Source: an uncultured Methanosarcinaceae archaeon (GTDB taxonomy: Archaea; Halobacteriota; Methanosarcinia; Methanosarcinales; Methanosarcinaceae). From it: a stretch of DNA of 64,000 bases. The notes under the pieces are model-generated. The model did not search any database, was not told the origin of the DNA, and saw only the letters and a program-made list of their open reading frames with translations. This document shows, one piece after another, positions 41,521-52,616 of the stretch (position 1 is its first letter; each line of letters begins with the position of its first letter). The stretch covers positions 448,001 to 512,000 of the forward strand of contig CAWJYV010000007.1 in assembly GCA_963847185.1 (NCBI GenBank), given 5' to 3'. Position numbers and translations under genes: made by a program.

Positions 41521-43656
41521 ATGAAATTACTAAGCATAAGCTGCATATTAATATTATTAATATCGTTGTTCTCATTTACGGCATTAGCTGAGAACATAAA
41601 TGTATCTGACAAAACTAACACAGATAACAAGATCTCAGCGACACTTTCTTCCAAGATTGCTGAAGCTTCAGCGAGTGAAAAAATTCCTGTAATTATTTTA
41701 TTGAAAAACCAGAGTATTTCATTTAATTCTATAAAAGGTAGATCTCAAATCAACAGCGAACAAAAGAATTTAATGAACATTCTTAATGCTGCAGAATCTA
41801 ACAAAAAAGCACAAAATATCAAGTCCATAAAAATTATTAATGCTATTGCAGCCAACGTAGCTCCTGAAACTATAGCTTCCATTTCTGAAATGCCTGAAGT
41901 TTCAGTAATCGAGCCTGATGAAGTTGTTTCCATAGCAGAAGGCCAGGAAATTCAGGTAGAGGAAGTAAAAACTTCAGGTCTTGTACAGAAGAATGCATGG
42001 GGAGTTGATAAAATTGGAGCGCCGACAGTATGGCAGCAAGGTATAACCGGAAAAGGAATAACTGTTGCTGTTGTGGATACCGGTATTGATGTGCAGCATC
42101 CCGATCTTGACGATCTTGATGACAATCCGAGTACAAACGATCCAAAGGTTGTAGGTTGGATTGATTATACAAATGGGAAGAGTTCTTCGTATGACGATTA
42201 TGGGCATGGAACTCACATAGCCGGAACTATATCAGGAACAGGTGCTAATGGTTTACATACCGGAGTTGCTCCGGGTACAAAGCTAATTGCAGCAAAAGTT
42301 CTTGATGAATCTGGTTCTAGGATATGCATCTAATGTTATTCTTGCTTTTGAGTGGGCAGTCAATAATAATGCTCGTGTTATAAGTTACAGTTGTGGAGGA
42401 TTACGTCATTATTCACCATACACAATTGCCATAGATAATGTTGTGGCAGCAGGCGTAATTCCCGTTATAGCTGCTGGTAATTCAGGGATGAGCTCTTATA
42501 CAATTGAGTGCCCTGGTGATGAAATCAACTCTACAACTGTTGGTGCAACTGATTCCTCTGATACGATAGCTGATTTTAGTAGCCGCGGTCCTGTTGATCT
42601 TAACGGGCAAAAATACATTAAACCTGATGTTTCTGCGCCCGGAGTGGATATTGAGTCCACGTATCCTGGCGGTTCCTATGAGGTAGCAAGCGGGACTTCC
42701 ATGGCTACACCGCATGTATCGGGTACTGTGGCTTTAATGCTGGAAAAAAAGCCTGCTCTCAAACCATCTGAGATAAAACAGATCTTAGAAAGTACCGCTG
42801 TGGGTCTGGGGGCTGCAGGAAAGGACGCTGACTATGGATCAGGCAGAATAAATGCATATGAAGCAGTATTCTATAAAGAAGAAATAATAATACTTCCTGT
42901 AGCAAACTTCAGTATGAATCTAACCAGTGGTTATGCTCCGCTTAATGTGCAATTTACAGACCTATCGAAGGATGCAACCGGAATAAATTGGGACTTTGAC
43001 AACAATGGAGTGGTAGATTCCACAGATCGAAACCCAATCTATATATATGCAGCTCAAGGGGTCTACACTGTTAACCTGACTGCAAGTAATAAAAATGGCA
43101 CCAATTCAAAGTTATCTAAAATAACTGTTTTAGAAAAACAAATCGTTCCAGTTGCTGATTTTTCTGCCTCCACTACTTCAGGAAATGCACCCCTGACAGT
43201 TAAATTCACCGACAAAAGCAGTGGAGCACCAACTGCATGGAAATGGAGCTTTGGAGATGGATCTCCTCTTGTAGCTCAATATAATCCAACGCACACATAT
43301 TCAAAACCCGGAACTTACACAGTGAAAGAGACTGTAAGTAATGCAGCAGGCAAAGATACAGAAATAAAAACAAATTATATGACTATAAAAGCCGCCCCTA
43401 TAAAACCTGTTGCAGCTTTCTCTGCATCTCCAAGATCAGGAAAAGCACCACTGAAAGTTCAGTTCACTGATAAAAGTTCTAATAGTCCAACTTCATGGAA
43501 ATGGAGTTTTGGAGATGGAACGTACTCAACATCTAAGATTCCTTTGCACACATATAGTAAATCAGGAAAATATACTGTCAGCTTTGACGGCAAAGAATGA
43601 ATGCTGGAAGCAACACAAAAACTATGTCCGGATATATCGTAGTATCCAAAAAATGA
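41521..43656 (+). pseudogene. secreted subtilisin-like (S8) protease with I9-like propeptide and three PKD domains, interrupted by +1 frameshifts near 42319, 43584 and 43600
   Basis: VVDTG, HGTH, AAGN, GTSMATPH triad motifs; PKD repeats; correcting the last two insertions gives YTVSLTAKNDAGSNTKTMSGYIVVSKK-stop. Confidence 0.88.
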
Positions 43657-43783
43657 AAATTGATTCTCGTTTTCAAGAAGATTTGCTGAAAGACGGGAAA
43701 ATAGAGGTTTTCTTCCGTCTTTCTCTTTTTTTGGATTCCGAAATACAGATTTTTGATTTTCTTCTTGCCTTAATCTTCTTTTC

Positions 43784-44371
43784 TCAATCTTCTTTTACTC
43801 GTGGCATAGCAATTATTTCCCTAACCTGAAGGGAGAAAAAGTCGCTGCTGTGGGCTGGCCTGAGTACAAGAGCAACATCTGCTCCCCATCTTGTGCCTCC
43901 TATTGCTATAATCTCAGTTGTATCTGAGACCGGTATATGGCCTGAGTCAGCTGCCATAATTGCAACCTCAATAGCTACTTTGAAGCCTTTCCCGAAGAGA
44001 GATCTGAGAGTATCGGAAATTACTTCTACTCTGGAATAGCCTCCGAACTTCTTTGTAATCGAACGCTCAATTCCGGAAAACATGTGGGATTGAGTGGTAA
44101 TTACTGCCCCGAGAGCTTCAAGTTTCTTTTTATATTCTTCTTCAACTTCCCACTGGCCTTTCTCTTTCTGCCCATACTGGTGGCTTACTCCAATAACTTT
44201 TATGCCGCTGCCTTTTACAGCTTCTGCCATTTTCAGAGCTGTTTTCCCGCTGGTGCTGGCGACTACAATATGGGAAATCCCCAGTTCTGATGCCCTTTTT
44301 GCTGCCGCTTCAATAACTGCGTCGGTATTTTCTTCTCCTACATTGTCAAAGTAAAGAACAGATTCTTCCAT
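43784..44371 (-). CDS. pyruvate kinase alpha/beta-domain protein (MTH1675/COG1751-like)
   Basis: YFD..GEENT, IVVASTSGKTA, GFKVAIEVAIMAADSG, GGT..GAD. Confidence 0.88.
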   Translation of the reverse strand: MEESVLYFDNVGEENTDAVIEAAAKRASELGISHIVVASTSGKTALKMAEAVKGSGIKVIGVSHQYGQKEKGQWEVEEEYKKKLEALGAVITTQSHMFSGIERSITKKFGGYSRVEVISDTLRSLFGKGFKVAIEVAIMAADSGHIPVSDTTEIIAIGGTRWGADVALVLRPAHSSDFFSLQVREIIAMPRVKED

Positions 44372-44790
44372 TTGCCTTTTTCTCCTGATTTCGTATTTTT
44401 CTTTCTTCGTATCTCTCTTAAATGATCTTTTTACGTTTTGTAAGCTTCTTCTAAGGTTCCTTTCTTTTATTATGCTTTTTATGATTGTCTTTTTTTGGCT
44501 CCTTTTTTGATATCCAACCTTTTATGGCATCTTTAGATAGCCTGTTTTTATCTGATGTTAACTTTAAAACAATAGTTTCCGAAATTATTTTTCTCTATCA
44601 GGAGAAAAGATATATATTAAAAAGATTCTCTTTTATTAAAAAAGAGGGCTATGGTATTCTGAAACCCGGCTTCATTGCATATTTTCGATGTCTGTGCAGG
44701 AAGTGATATATATCGGGGCTGATGAAAACTTGTTTATCTAGGATTAGGTCAAATATAATCATAGGGGTTGTATTTTATCGAGGTGGTTAT

Positions 44791-45540
44791 TTGTCAACTA
44801 CGGATTATGACAACAATGATGTAAAGATTATTACCAAACCTGTGCAGTCAAAAAATCCGGTTTTGATTGAAGGTTTTCCCGGTATCGGGCTTGTGGGGAA
44901 TATTGCAAGTCAGCATATGATAGAAGAATTGAAGATGGAATATATCGGCTCTATTGAATCCAGATATTTCCCTTCTATTGCAGTGCTTTATGAAGGGCTC
45001 ATAAACATGCCTGTCAGGATTTATGAGAGCATAGAGCACAACCTGCTTATTGTAATCTCCGATATCCCCATTAGTCATACAGTATCTTACGATGTAAGTA
45101 ATGCTCTTGTTGATTGGGCCGAATCTATCAATGTAAAAGAGATTGCTTCCATTGCAGGAATCGCCATTATGGATACAGGGCACAAAGTTTTCGGGGCAGC
45201 CACCACTTCAGAGATGCTGGAGCGGCTCAAGGATAAAGTAGAAATTTTCCAGATGGGAACTATTTCCGGAATTTCCGGTAGCGTAATGGCTGAATGTCTG
45301 CTGCGTGAAATTCCTGCAATTAGTCTGCTTGGAGCTACCAAAACTCAAAATCCTGATCCAAGGGCTGCTTCTGCTGTTATTGAAGTTTTAAACCAGCTAT
45401 ATGGGCTTTCAATAAATACCGAGAGATTAATAGAGCAGGCTGAACGCATAGAAATTGAACTCCAGAGGCTTGCTGAAGATGTTCAGAGTAGTGAGCAGAA
45501 AGGCGGCGAAGTGAAAAAGGAGTTCCCAATGTACGGGTGA
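44791..45540 (+). CDS. proteasome assembly chaperone PAC2 family protein with a C-terminal HbYX motif (MYG)
   Basis: IEGFPGIGLVGNIA, PVRIY, PDPRAA, C-terminal PMYG; TTG start after GAGGTGG. Confidence 0.88.
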   Translation: MSTTDYDNNDVKIITKPVQSKNPVLIEGFPGIGLVGNIASQHMIEELKMEYIGSIESRYFPSIAVLYEGLINMPVRIYESIEHNLLIVISDIPISHTVSYDVSNALVDWAESINVKEIASIAGIAIMDTGHKVFGAATTSEMLERLKDKVEIFQMGTISGISGSVMAECLLREIPAISLLGATKTQNPDPRAASAVIEVLNQLYGLSINTERLIEQAERIEIELQRLAEDVQSSEQKGGEVKKEFPMYG

Positions 45541-45544
45541 TCCC

Positions 45545-45934
45545 ATGGAGTACATCGCGTTAACAGGAATTGCTGAGTCTATAATCGAGATCCTGAAGAA
45601 ACATCAACTCAAAACTCTTGAAATTAGAAATCCTCAAAATTTCTTAGGGGTACTTGGGCTCAATGCAGGAGATAAAGTTCTCCTGACTTCTACCAGTCTT
45701 GAGGATCTTAAGGACGGGAGCCCTGGTCTCATAGCAAAGGTTGTGCAGAGGCAGATCTCTGCTCACTCCGTCGTTAGTTCAAACAATCTCTATGTTGAAG
45801 AACGAGAGGCTATTTCAGCTCGTATTCAGCTTGAATGCAAGTGTATGGGAAGAGTGAAAAGTGTCATTTCAGATGAACTGGGGAAACCGGTTAGGGTGGA
45901 TGCTATAGAAATTTCTTGCTATGAAGCCAGATAA
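45545..45934 (+). CDS. DUF473 family protein
   Basis: IALTGI, KTLEIRNPQN, EERE..SARIQ. Confidence 0.75.
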   Translation: MEYIALTGIAESIIEILKKHQLKTLEIRNPQNFLGVLGLNAGDKVLLTSTSLEDLKDGSPGLIAKVVQRQISAHSVVSSNNLYVEEREAISARIQLECKCMGRVKSVISDELGKPVRVDAIEISCYEAR

Positions 45935-46246
45935 CAGCCTATTAAATAAAGCTGATTTCTAAAATAATTTAAAAAACGTTTTTTCTCTATTTTTCTTGTA
46001 TCTCAATATTACCAACATTAAGATGTTTGCTATTTTTGTGAGAAAAATAATTTTCTGGCGCAAGAGACTCTTATCTAGAAGAGAATTCCAAAATACTATT
46101 ACTATTCTGAATAAAACTATTATTCTTAAAATGATGCTATTATTTTTTGAAAAAACATTATTTGGAAATACTACCACTATTTTTCTGAAAAAATAATGTT
46201 CCTGAAAGAAGTATTTTTTAAGAGGCGAAAAAAGATAGAAAAAGAA

Positions 46247-46280
46247 AGTTGCCGGAAAAATTAAGTTTTCTCCGGCAACT
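46247..46280. terminator. inverted repeat between convergent DUF473 and thermosome genes
   Basis: agttgccgga...tccggcaact hairpin next to T/A-rich tracts. Confidence 0.55.
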
Positions 46281-46340
46281 CGGGATTGCTATTTTTTAAT
46301 TTATTTTTTATTTATTTTAATTTATTTATTCATTTATTTA

Positions 46341-47963
46341 TTACATATCTTCGGGCATTTCGCCGCCTGGACCTGCTGGAGCTCTCCCAGTGCCAGATGA
46401 AGCTATTACATCATCGATTCTGAGAATCATAATTGCAGCTTCTGTGGCTGCATTAATTGCCTGGGTCTTAATTCTGAGAGGTTCGACAACATTGTTTGCG
46501 AACATGTCCTCTATCTTACCAGTGTAAACGTTAAGTCCTGCACGCTTATTGCCTTTCTCGTGCTGGGAACGCATTTCCACAAGCATGTCTATAGGGTCAA
46601 GCCCTGCGTTTTCGGCAAGTGTCTGAGGAATGACCTCGAGAGACTCTGCGAATTTCACAACAGCAAGCTGTTCCCTGCCTTTAAGGGTTGCTGCGTATTC
46701 CTTGAGTCTGAGAGACAGTTCAATTTCAGGTGCACCGCCACCTACAACGATCTTCTGATCTTCGAGAGCGACACCAACTACTCTGAGAGCATCTTCGAGA
46801 GCTCTCTCAAGACCTTCAACTACATGCTCTGTTCCGCCGCGGAGGAGGATTGAGGTGGTCTTGCTGTCTTTGCAGCCTGTGACAAAAGTCATTCTGGAAC
46901 CTGTAACGTCCCTTTCTTCTACAAGGCCGGCATAGCCAAGGTCAGACTCCTCAATTTCGTCCAGGCTGGTAATAACTCTTGCACCTGTTGCGCGGGAAAG
47001 CTTATCCATATCACTCTTTTTAACCCTGCGCATTGCAAAGATTCCTGCCTTTGTCAGGTAATACTGAGCAAGGTCATCGATACCCTTCTGACAGAAAACA
47101 ACGTCTGCGCCTGTGCCAATTACCTTGTCCACGATTTCCCTGAGCATTGCTTCTTCCTGGTCTAAGAAGAGCTGCATCTGGTCAGGAGTAGTAATCTTTA
47201 TTTCGGCTTTGGTTTCTGTCTTTTTGAGTTCGATAGGTACGCTCAAGAGCAGAACTTTTGCATTTTCTACTACTTCTGGCATACCTGTATGGACACGTTC
47301 TTTATCGACAATTACACCTTCGACGATCTCGGAGTCCTTTATGCTTCCGCCTGGTCTCTTTTCCACCTTAATATCCTCGATGTCTACGGTAATCTTTCCG
47401 TCTTCACTTACCTCAACAACTGATTTGACAGCTTTGACTGCAAGCGCAGAGAGGTGCTCCTTGTTAGCTTCTGCACCCTTTCCTGTTATGGCTGTGGCTG
47501 CAAGCTTTTCAAGAGTTTCGGTATCTTCGGGAGACGTTCTGATGGTGATGGTGTCAAGTATCTTTGTAGCCCTGTCTGCTGCAAGCCTGTAACCGCTTGC
47601 AATTATTGTTGGGTGAACGCCGCTTTCCAGCAGTTCTTCTGCCTTTGTCAGGAATTCTCCTGCAAGTACGGCTGCGGTGGTTGTTCCGTCTCCTACTTCG
47701 GCATCCTGGGTCTTGGCTACTTCTACGATCATCTTTGCACCTGGGTGCTCGATGTCCATTTCTTTGAGGATTGTGGCTCCATCATTGGTGATTACAACAT
47801 CACCCATGGAGTCTACAAGCATCTTGTCCATACCTTTGGGCCCGAGAGTAGTTCTCACAGCTTCAGCGACTGCCTTTGCGGCCATAATATTGTTGTGCTG
47901 GGCGTCGGAACCATGGGTTCTCCTACTGCCCTCCCTTAAAATAAAGATCGGTTGTGCTGACAA
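46341..47963 (-). CDS. ths: thermosome subunit (group II chaperonin)
   Basis: [37 protein letters not shown]; TTG start after AGGAG. Confidence 0.95.
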   Translation of the reverse strand: MSAQPIFILREGSRRTHGSDAQHNNIMAAKAVAEAVRTTLGPKGMDKMLVDSMGDVVITNDGATILKEMDIEHPGAKMIVEVAKTQDAEVGDGTTTAAVLAGEFLTKAEELLESGVHPTIIASGYRLAADRATKILDTITIRTSPEDTETLEKLAATAITGKGAEANKEHLSALAVKAVKSVVEVSEDGKITVDIEDIKVEKRPGGSIKDSEIVEGVIVDKERVHTGMPEVVENAKVLLLSVPIELKKTETKAEIKITTPDQMQLFLDQEEAMLREIVDKVIGTGADVVFCQKGIDDLAQYYLTKAGIFAMRRVKKSDMDKLSRATGARVITSLDEIEESDLGYAGLVEERDVTGSRMTFVTGCKDSKTTSILLRGGTEHVVEGLERALEDALRVVGVALEDQKIVVGGGAPEIELSLRLKEYAATLKGREQLAVVKFAESLEVIPQTLAENAGLDPIDMLVEMRSQHEKGNKRAGLNVYTGKIEDMFANNVVEPLRIKTQAINAATEAAIMILRIDDVIASSGTGRAPAGPGGEMPEDM

Positions 47964-48377
47964 GCTTCTATCTCCTTTCAATGATTATGAATTCATATGA
48001 ATTTTAATTAGTTGTATTACTGAGCACATTACCTTTGTGCGTAATTTTTCATATTCTTAATGCAAGCACTTCTATATAAGAATTACTCTGGATCAAAGAG
48101 CTTAAATCTAAAAAAAAGGGTCTCCTGAATCGTTTAATATCTTTTCCTGATCTCTTTATGGGAATTGAGTCCAGAAGTTTTATTTCATAAATCAGATTAT
48201 GTTGTAAAATCCTATCATGAAAAGGATTAATGAGGATGAATGAGAAATTTTTGACTTAGTTAAAAGGCAATATCTCAATAGGTTCTAGAAAATAAAGTAG
48301 AAGGCTTTTACCACTTTACCTTCAACTTTTTCTGCACAACTTTACGAGAAAATACTCATGCGTTTGTTAGACAATGT

Positions 48378-51300
48378 TCAATGTGTTTTTATATACTCAA
48401 TCATCCGTGGGGTCAGCAGGGGAATAATCTCGGGAAGCATATTGGGCATCAGGTTCTCCATAGCTTTTGGCATAAGGTCAGGAAGCTGCTCTCTCATATA
48501 ATCCGGCATGGGGACTCTCCTTTCCACAGCTTTGAGCATATCAGGCATGACTTTTGGCATGACAGAAGGCATAAGCTTCGGCATCATGATCGGCATCATG
48601 GGTTTCATCATGGCATCCATTCCTGGGATGTATTTGACCATTTTCATCATGGTCTGAAGCGGAGAAGGCATTGCTGCCATCATCTGGGGCATGAGCTCAA
48701 CCATCAGCTCGGTCATATTTTCTGGCTGCATGAGGGCGATCATCCTTTCGAAAGGCACCCATGATTCCAGGGTATAGGTTGTAGAGTCTGGAATGTTATA
48801 TCCAAGACTTCTTCCCACCAGAGCGCCGAGATCCTGAGCCTGGATGTTAAGGTTATTTTCCTGTGCTGCCACACGGAACTGGAAGATACAGCATGGACAA
48901 AGAGCTGCAATAATGTCGGCGTTAACGTCAACAGCTTCCTGAAGTCTCATATTTCCCAATCTATATGCAACAGGTGGTTCTGCAATCAGGCTTACCACCG
49001 AACCACAGCAGTGAGCCTTTTCCCGGTTATACTCAAGTTCTCTGAACTGGATTCCAGGAATTGACTTCAAGAGCTCTCTTGGAGGCTCGTATATTTTTCC
49101 TCCGGCTCTTCCTAGATGACAGGAATCGTGCCAGGCAACTACTTTATCCAGAGGCTGCTTGAACTTCGGTTTAAGGACATCAAGGCGTTCCACAAGGACT
49201 TCGGAATAGTGCTTCGTCTCAATTCCGAATTCTATTCCGAGCTTTTCCGCCCACTGGGGATAGACTGTGTGCCACATAAGCCAGCATGCAGGGCAGGAAG
49301 TGATAACTGTTTTTACGCCTTTCTTTTTCATGTTCGAGACGTTCATTCTCATTATCTTTTCAAAAACGTCCCATCTTCCGGCAACAAGCATTGGAATCCC
49401 ACAGCATGCCTCTTTATCAAAGAGACCTGTGAACTCAATTCCCGCATCATCCAGCATGCGGACAGCTCCCACAGCCACGTCGTTTTCTACAAAGGAAGCC
49501 GTACAACCCGCAAAGTAAGCATACTCAGCTTCATCTTTCATTTTTGCCCGGATATCATCCGGGATCCATTTGTCCCTATCTTTTCTATAATTTGCCCAGA
49601 TATTCCTCTCTTTTAGCAGGCTCGCAGCCATGATTTCGAAAGGTGGAAAGGTCATCTTTTTCTCTTTTCTCACCAGCTTTTCGCGCATGGTCATCCAGGA
49701 GTGTTCTATTGGCATGTCCAGTTCACAGCGGGAGTCGCACATCTGGCAGGTCGTGCAGCCAAGAAAAGTATTCGTCTGCCTCTGGTCAAGTTTTTCCCTG
49801 CCTGCAAGATATTCCTTGATAAAGAACCATTTCCCGCGAGGAGACTGGGATTCCCATCCCCTGCCGTAATACTGATCACACTCACTTACACAATACCCGC
49901 ATTGGGAACATGAGTAGGCAAGTTCTGCAACCTCGGCAGGAATATTTTTTTCGTCTTTGAAGGAGACTTCCCCTATTCCCGACATATTTCCCACAAGCCT
50001 TCCCATAGGTTCGAAGGAAGATCCAAGGGATACTGCAGTATTGAGAAGCTTTTTTCCCTCCAGTTTCTCAGGGTTCATGATCCCATTGGGATCAAATTCT
50101 TTTCTGAGGGCTTCGATTTCGGAAAGCCTGTCTCCAAAGACGCTCTTTTTCTTCGAGGCAAAGAATAGGCCGGAGGAATATGCTCTTCCCCCGTTTTCTT
50201 CTGCAATTTTCAGGATGCTCAGGGAAAGAGCAAAGGCCGTATTAAAGAGTAAGGAGCGCTCGGAGTGACGCATGAAGCAGAGGAGCACGACATTTCCATC
50301 GCTTATAACCATTCCTTCAGTAAGCACCGGAAGTTTGATCCTCTTTTCGATTTCTTCAAAAGTAGTGTCCATCTTCTCAAGCGGTACCAGTATCTCGGCA
50401 GGAATGAAGGAGGGACCGAGCCTTTTTACTTTCATGGACTTGAACCATTCTTCAGTCTCGTGCTTTGCAACTTCTTCCGGAAGGATTGAGCCATCTGCAC
50501 TTTCGATTGCCTCCTTCAGACCAGATACGTCTCTGGAAGCAGGGTACATGAAAGTACAAACATAAGCGGCAGGCAAAACAGGTCTGTCTTTATCCACGAT
50601 TTCTCCATAGTGGAGTTTTCTGGGAGCTTTGTTTTTCATATATGCCCATTCAGGGTTCAGGAAAGAGATGGACCAGAGAGGAATATTCTTTTCTCTTATG
50701 GTTTCTACAGCTTTTTTCATGGCTAAAGCGCTGGGAAAACTGGCAGAAACAGCTTTTCTCTCTTCAAGCTTCTGGACCTTCAGGGTTACTTCCGTGATGA
50801 TGCCTGTTGTTCCCATTGTCCCTATTAACTTTTTCAGTTCAGGACCTGAAAAATCCTTTATTTTTCCATTCGGAAGGACAACACGGACTTTTTCCATGCT
50901 TTCGTAGCCCCATCCAAACTCATAACTCCCATAACCTGCCCCGCTTTGAGCCAGCCAGCCTCCTACTGTCGAAGAAGGCGCACTTGAGGGGAGTGCTCTT
51001 AATGAGAGCCCCCTTTCTTTTAGCTTCCTCTCTAACTTTTCCCAGATTATCCCGCTCTGCACAACTGCTTTCTGTCCTTCGGGATCGATACTTATAACCT
51101 TATTTAGTAATGTAACATCGGCAACTATTCCTCCCTTTGTTGGAATTACTCCTCCGTATCCTGAGGAAGCTCCTGCGCGGGGGACAACCGGAATTTTGTG
51201 CCTGTTTGCAAATTCCAGAAGCTTTACTGCATCTTCTTCTGTCCGGATTTTTATAACAGCTGCAGGATCTGTGTTCCCAATTACTTTCTTGACAAGCGGA

Positions 51301-51428
51301 GGTAAAGCTCCTATATCGTGATTGTAATAGTGGCGTTCGCGCTTGTCAAGATTGACGCATTCCCCAAAGAGTTTGGAGAGCTCTGTTTTTTGGACTTCTG
51401 AAAGTTCCGGTACATTTTTTGCTGGCAT
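48378..51428 (-). CDS. FAD-binding (GlcD-like) and Fe-S/CCG (GlcF/HdrD-like) fusion oxidoreductase with a Met/Pro-rich C-terminal tail
   Basis: PRAG, STVGG, GTMGTTGIITE, DPNGIMNP; CSQCGYC..C and CTTCQMC..C; two CCG domains (EACCG, HCCG, CPAC, HDSC). Confidence 0.9.
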   Translation of the reverse strand: MPAKNVPELSEVQKTELSKLFGECVNLDKRERHYYNHDIGALPPLVKKVIGNTDPAAVIKIRTEEDAVKLLEFANRHKIPVVPRAGASSGYGGVIPTKGGIVADVTLLNKVISIDPEGQKAVVQSGIIWEKLERKLKERGLSLRALPSSAPSSTVGGWLAQSGAGYGSYEFGWGYESMEKVRVVLPNGKIKDFSGPELKKLIGTMGTTGIITEVTLKVQKLEERKAVSASFPSALAMKKAVETIREKNIPLWSISFLNPEWAYMKNKAPRKLHYGEIVDKDRPVLPAAYVCTFMYPASRDVSGLKEAIESADGSILPEEVAKHETEEWFKSMKVKRLGPSFIPAEILVPLEKMDTTFEEIEKRIKLPVLTEGMVISDGNVVLLCFMRHSERSLLFNTAFALSLSILKIAEENGGRAYSSGLFFASKKKSVFGDRLSEIEALRKEFDPNGIMNPEKLEGKKLLNTAVSLGSSFEPMGRLVGNMSGIGEVSFKDEKNIPAEVAELAYSCSQCGYCVSECDQYYGRGWESQSPRGKWFFIKEYLAGREKLDQRQTNTFLGCTTCQMCDSRCELDMPIEHSWMTMREKLVRKEKKMTFPPFEIMAASLLKERNIWANYRKDRDKWIPDDIRAKMKDEAEYAYFAGCTASFVENDVAVGAVRMLDDAGIEFTGLFDKEACCGIPMLVAGRWDVFEKIMRMNVSNMKKKGVKTVITSCPACWLMWHTVYPQWAEKLGIEFGIETKHYSEVLVERLDVLKPKFKQPLDKVVAWHDSCHLGRAGGKIYEPPRELLKSIPGIQFRELEYNREKAHCCGSVVSLIAEPPVAYRLGNMRLQEAVDVNADIIAALCPCCIFQFRVAAQENNLNIQAQDLGALVGRSLGYNIPDSTTYTLESWVPFERMIALMQPENMTELMVELMPQMMAAMPSPLQTMMKMVKYIPGMDAMMKPMMPIMMPKLMPSVMPKVMPDMLKAVERRVPMPDYMREQLPDLMPKAMENLMPNMLPEIIPLLTPRMIEYIKTH

Positions 51429-51614
51429 ATTCTTCTTCTCCTAAGTTACAGCCGATTTGTGGACACTCTACAGTATGCAGATTATTTTACCAGGTCAGAT
51501 TTTGGAAATGTTTTTCTGACTCCCCTATATTTTATATTGTATATTTTTCAATTTAAAATATTCTTTGCAATGATATTATTCTATTCTTTTAAAAAGAAAA
51601 TGCAAATCGTAAAA

Positions 51615-52241
51615 TTAAAACTTAAGAGCATCTTTCGGACATACGGTCACGCAACGCCCGCATTTTATACAATCGGGTTTTGTTTCACTCTCGCGAATTT
51701 TAAGCTGCATGGGACAGACTTTTTCGCACTTTTTACAGTTAATGCATTTCTCCTTTGCAAGCTTGAGCTGGTATCTCTTTCCTCCAAGCAGACGCTGAGC
51801 TGTCCCCATAGGACAGAAGGAACACCAGGTTCTTGGGCTCAGGAAGCTTCCCAGGAGAATTGCAATTGCAGTTGTCACAAGGCACATGGTGACAAAAACC
51901 ATACCGATTTTTTCAAAGGTATTAAGGCTTCCGATAATGCTTGATATCCTGTATCCCATAAAGCCCATTAGGAGGAAGAATATAGGTAGGCGAACCCACA
52001 GACTCCGCAGAGTTCCAGGTATCCTCTTTTTCTTTGAAATTTTGCTTACCCAGAAGTCGACAAGGCTTCCTCTAGGACAGAGATTTCCGCAGAACCATCT
52101 GCCTCTGAAAGGGCTGCTAAGGAAAATTGCTGCAAAAATGAGCAACATGAAATAGCCGAGGGCAGGATACCAGAGCCCTCCTATGGAAACGATAAGTACA
52201 AGGATTCCCAGATAGGGAGTAATTTTAAGCAACGAACTCAA
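51615..52241 (-). CDS. membrane 4Fe-4S binding protein (NapH/MauN-like polyferredoxin)
   Basis: RWFCGNLCPRG, RTWCSFCPMG and two CxxCxxCxxxCP motifs; TTG start overlaps the upstream TGA. Confidence 0.88.
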   Translation of the reverse strand: MSSLLKITPYLGILVLIVSIGGLWYPALGYFMLLIFAAIFLSSPFRGRWFCGNLCPRGSLVDFWVSKISKKKRIPGTLRSLWVRLPIFFLLMGFMGYRISSIIGSLNTFEKIGMVFVTMCLVTTAIAILLGSFLSPRTWCSFCPMGTAQRLLGGKRYQLKLAKEKCINCKKCEKVCPMQLKIRESETKPDCIKCGRCVTVCPKDALKF

Positions 52242-52597
52242 CCTCCACTTTCCCATTTTTCAAGTTCCTGCCCCAATCGATCGGCCCAGGAATTCACTAC
52301 AGTCATTATAATGTTTTTTATTTTAGTTTTTGAGTGGATTTTGTATCTGAAGACATAGCCTCCTCCATCCAGATTCTGCTGAGATCGCTGCAGAATTTCT
52401 TTCTCATGCAGTTTTTTTACGGAACGCTGGATTGTAGAGATGTCCAGGCGCAGGATTTTCGAAAGAGATTCACTGTCTATCCACTGCTCGGTTTCATTTA
52501 AAAAATATTTCATTACCTTAAGATCTGCCTTTGTGAGATTAAGAGCACACTTGATTACATCTTCTACTTTGAATTCTTTGCAAGCGAAGTCTATCAT
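52238..52597 (-). CDS. HTH transcriptional regulator (COG3355/TrmB-like) with an N-terminal Cys pair
   Basis: CKEFKVEDVIKCALNL, LDISTIQRSVKKL, GGGYVFRY. Confidence 0.85.
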   Translation of the reverse strand: MIDFACKEFKVEDVIKCALNLTKADLKVMKYFLNETEQWIDSESLSKILRLDISTIQRSVKKLHEKEILQRSQQNLDGGGYVFRYKIHSKTKIKNIIMTVVNSWADRLGQELEKWESGG

Positions 52598-52616
52598 TTA
52601 AATCCCTCAGAAACAC

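Noticed and set aside
46290-46340. TTTA-like low-complexity repeats
   Set aside because: Ordinary AT-rich terminator region; not a CRISPR array or satellite
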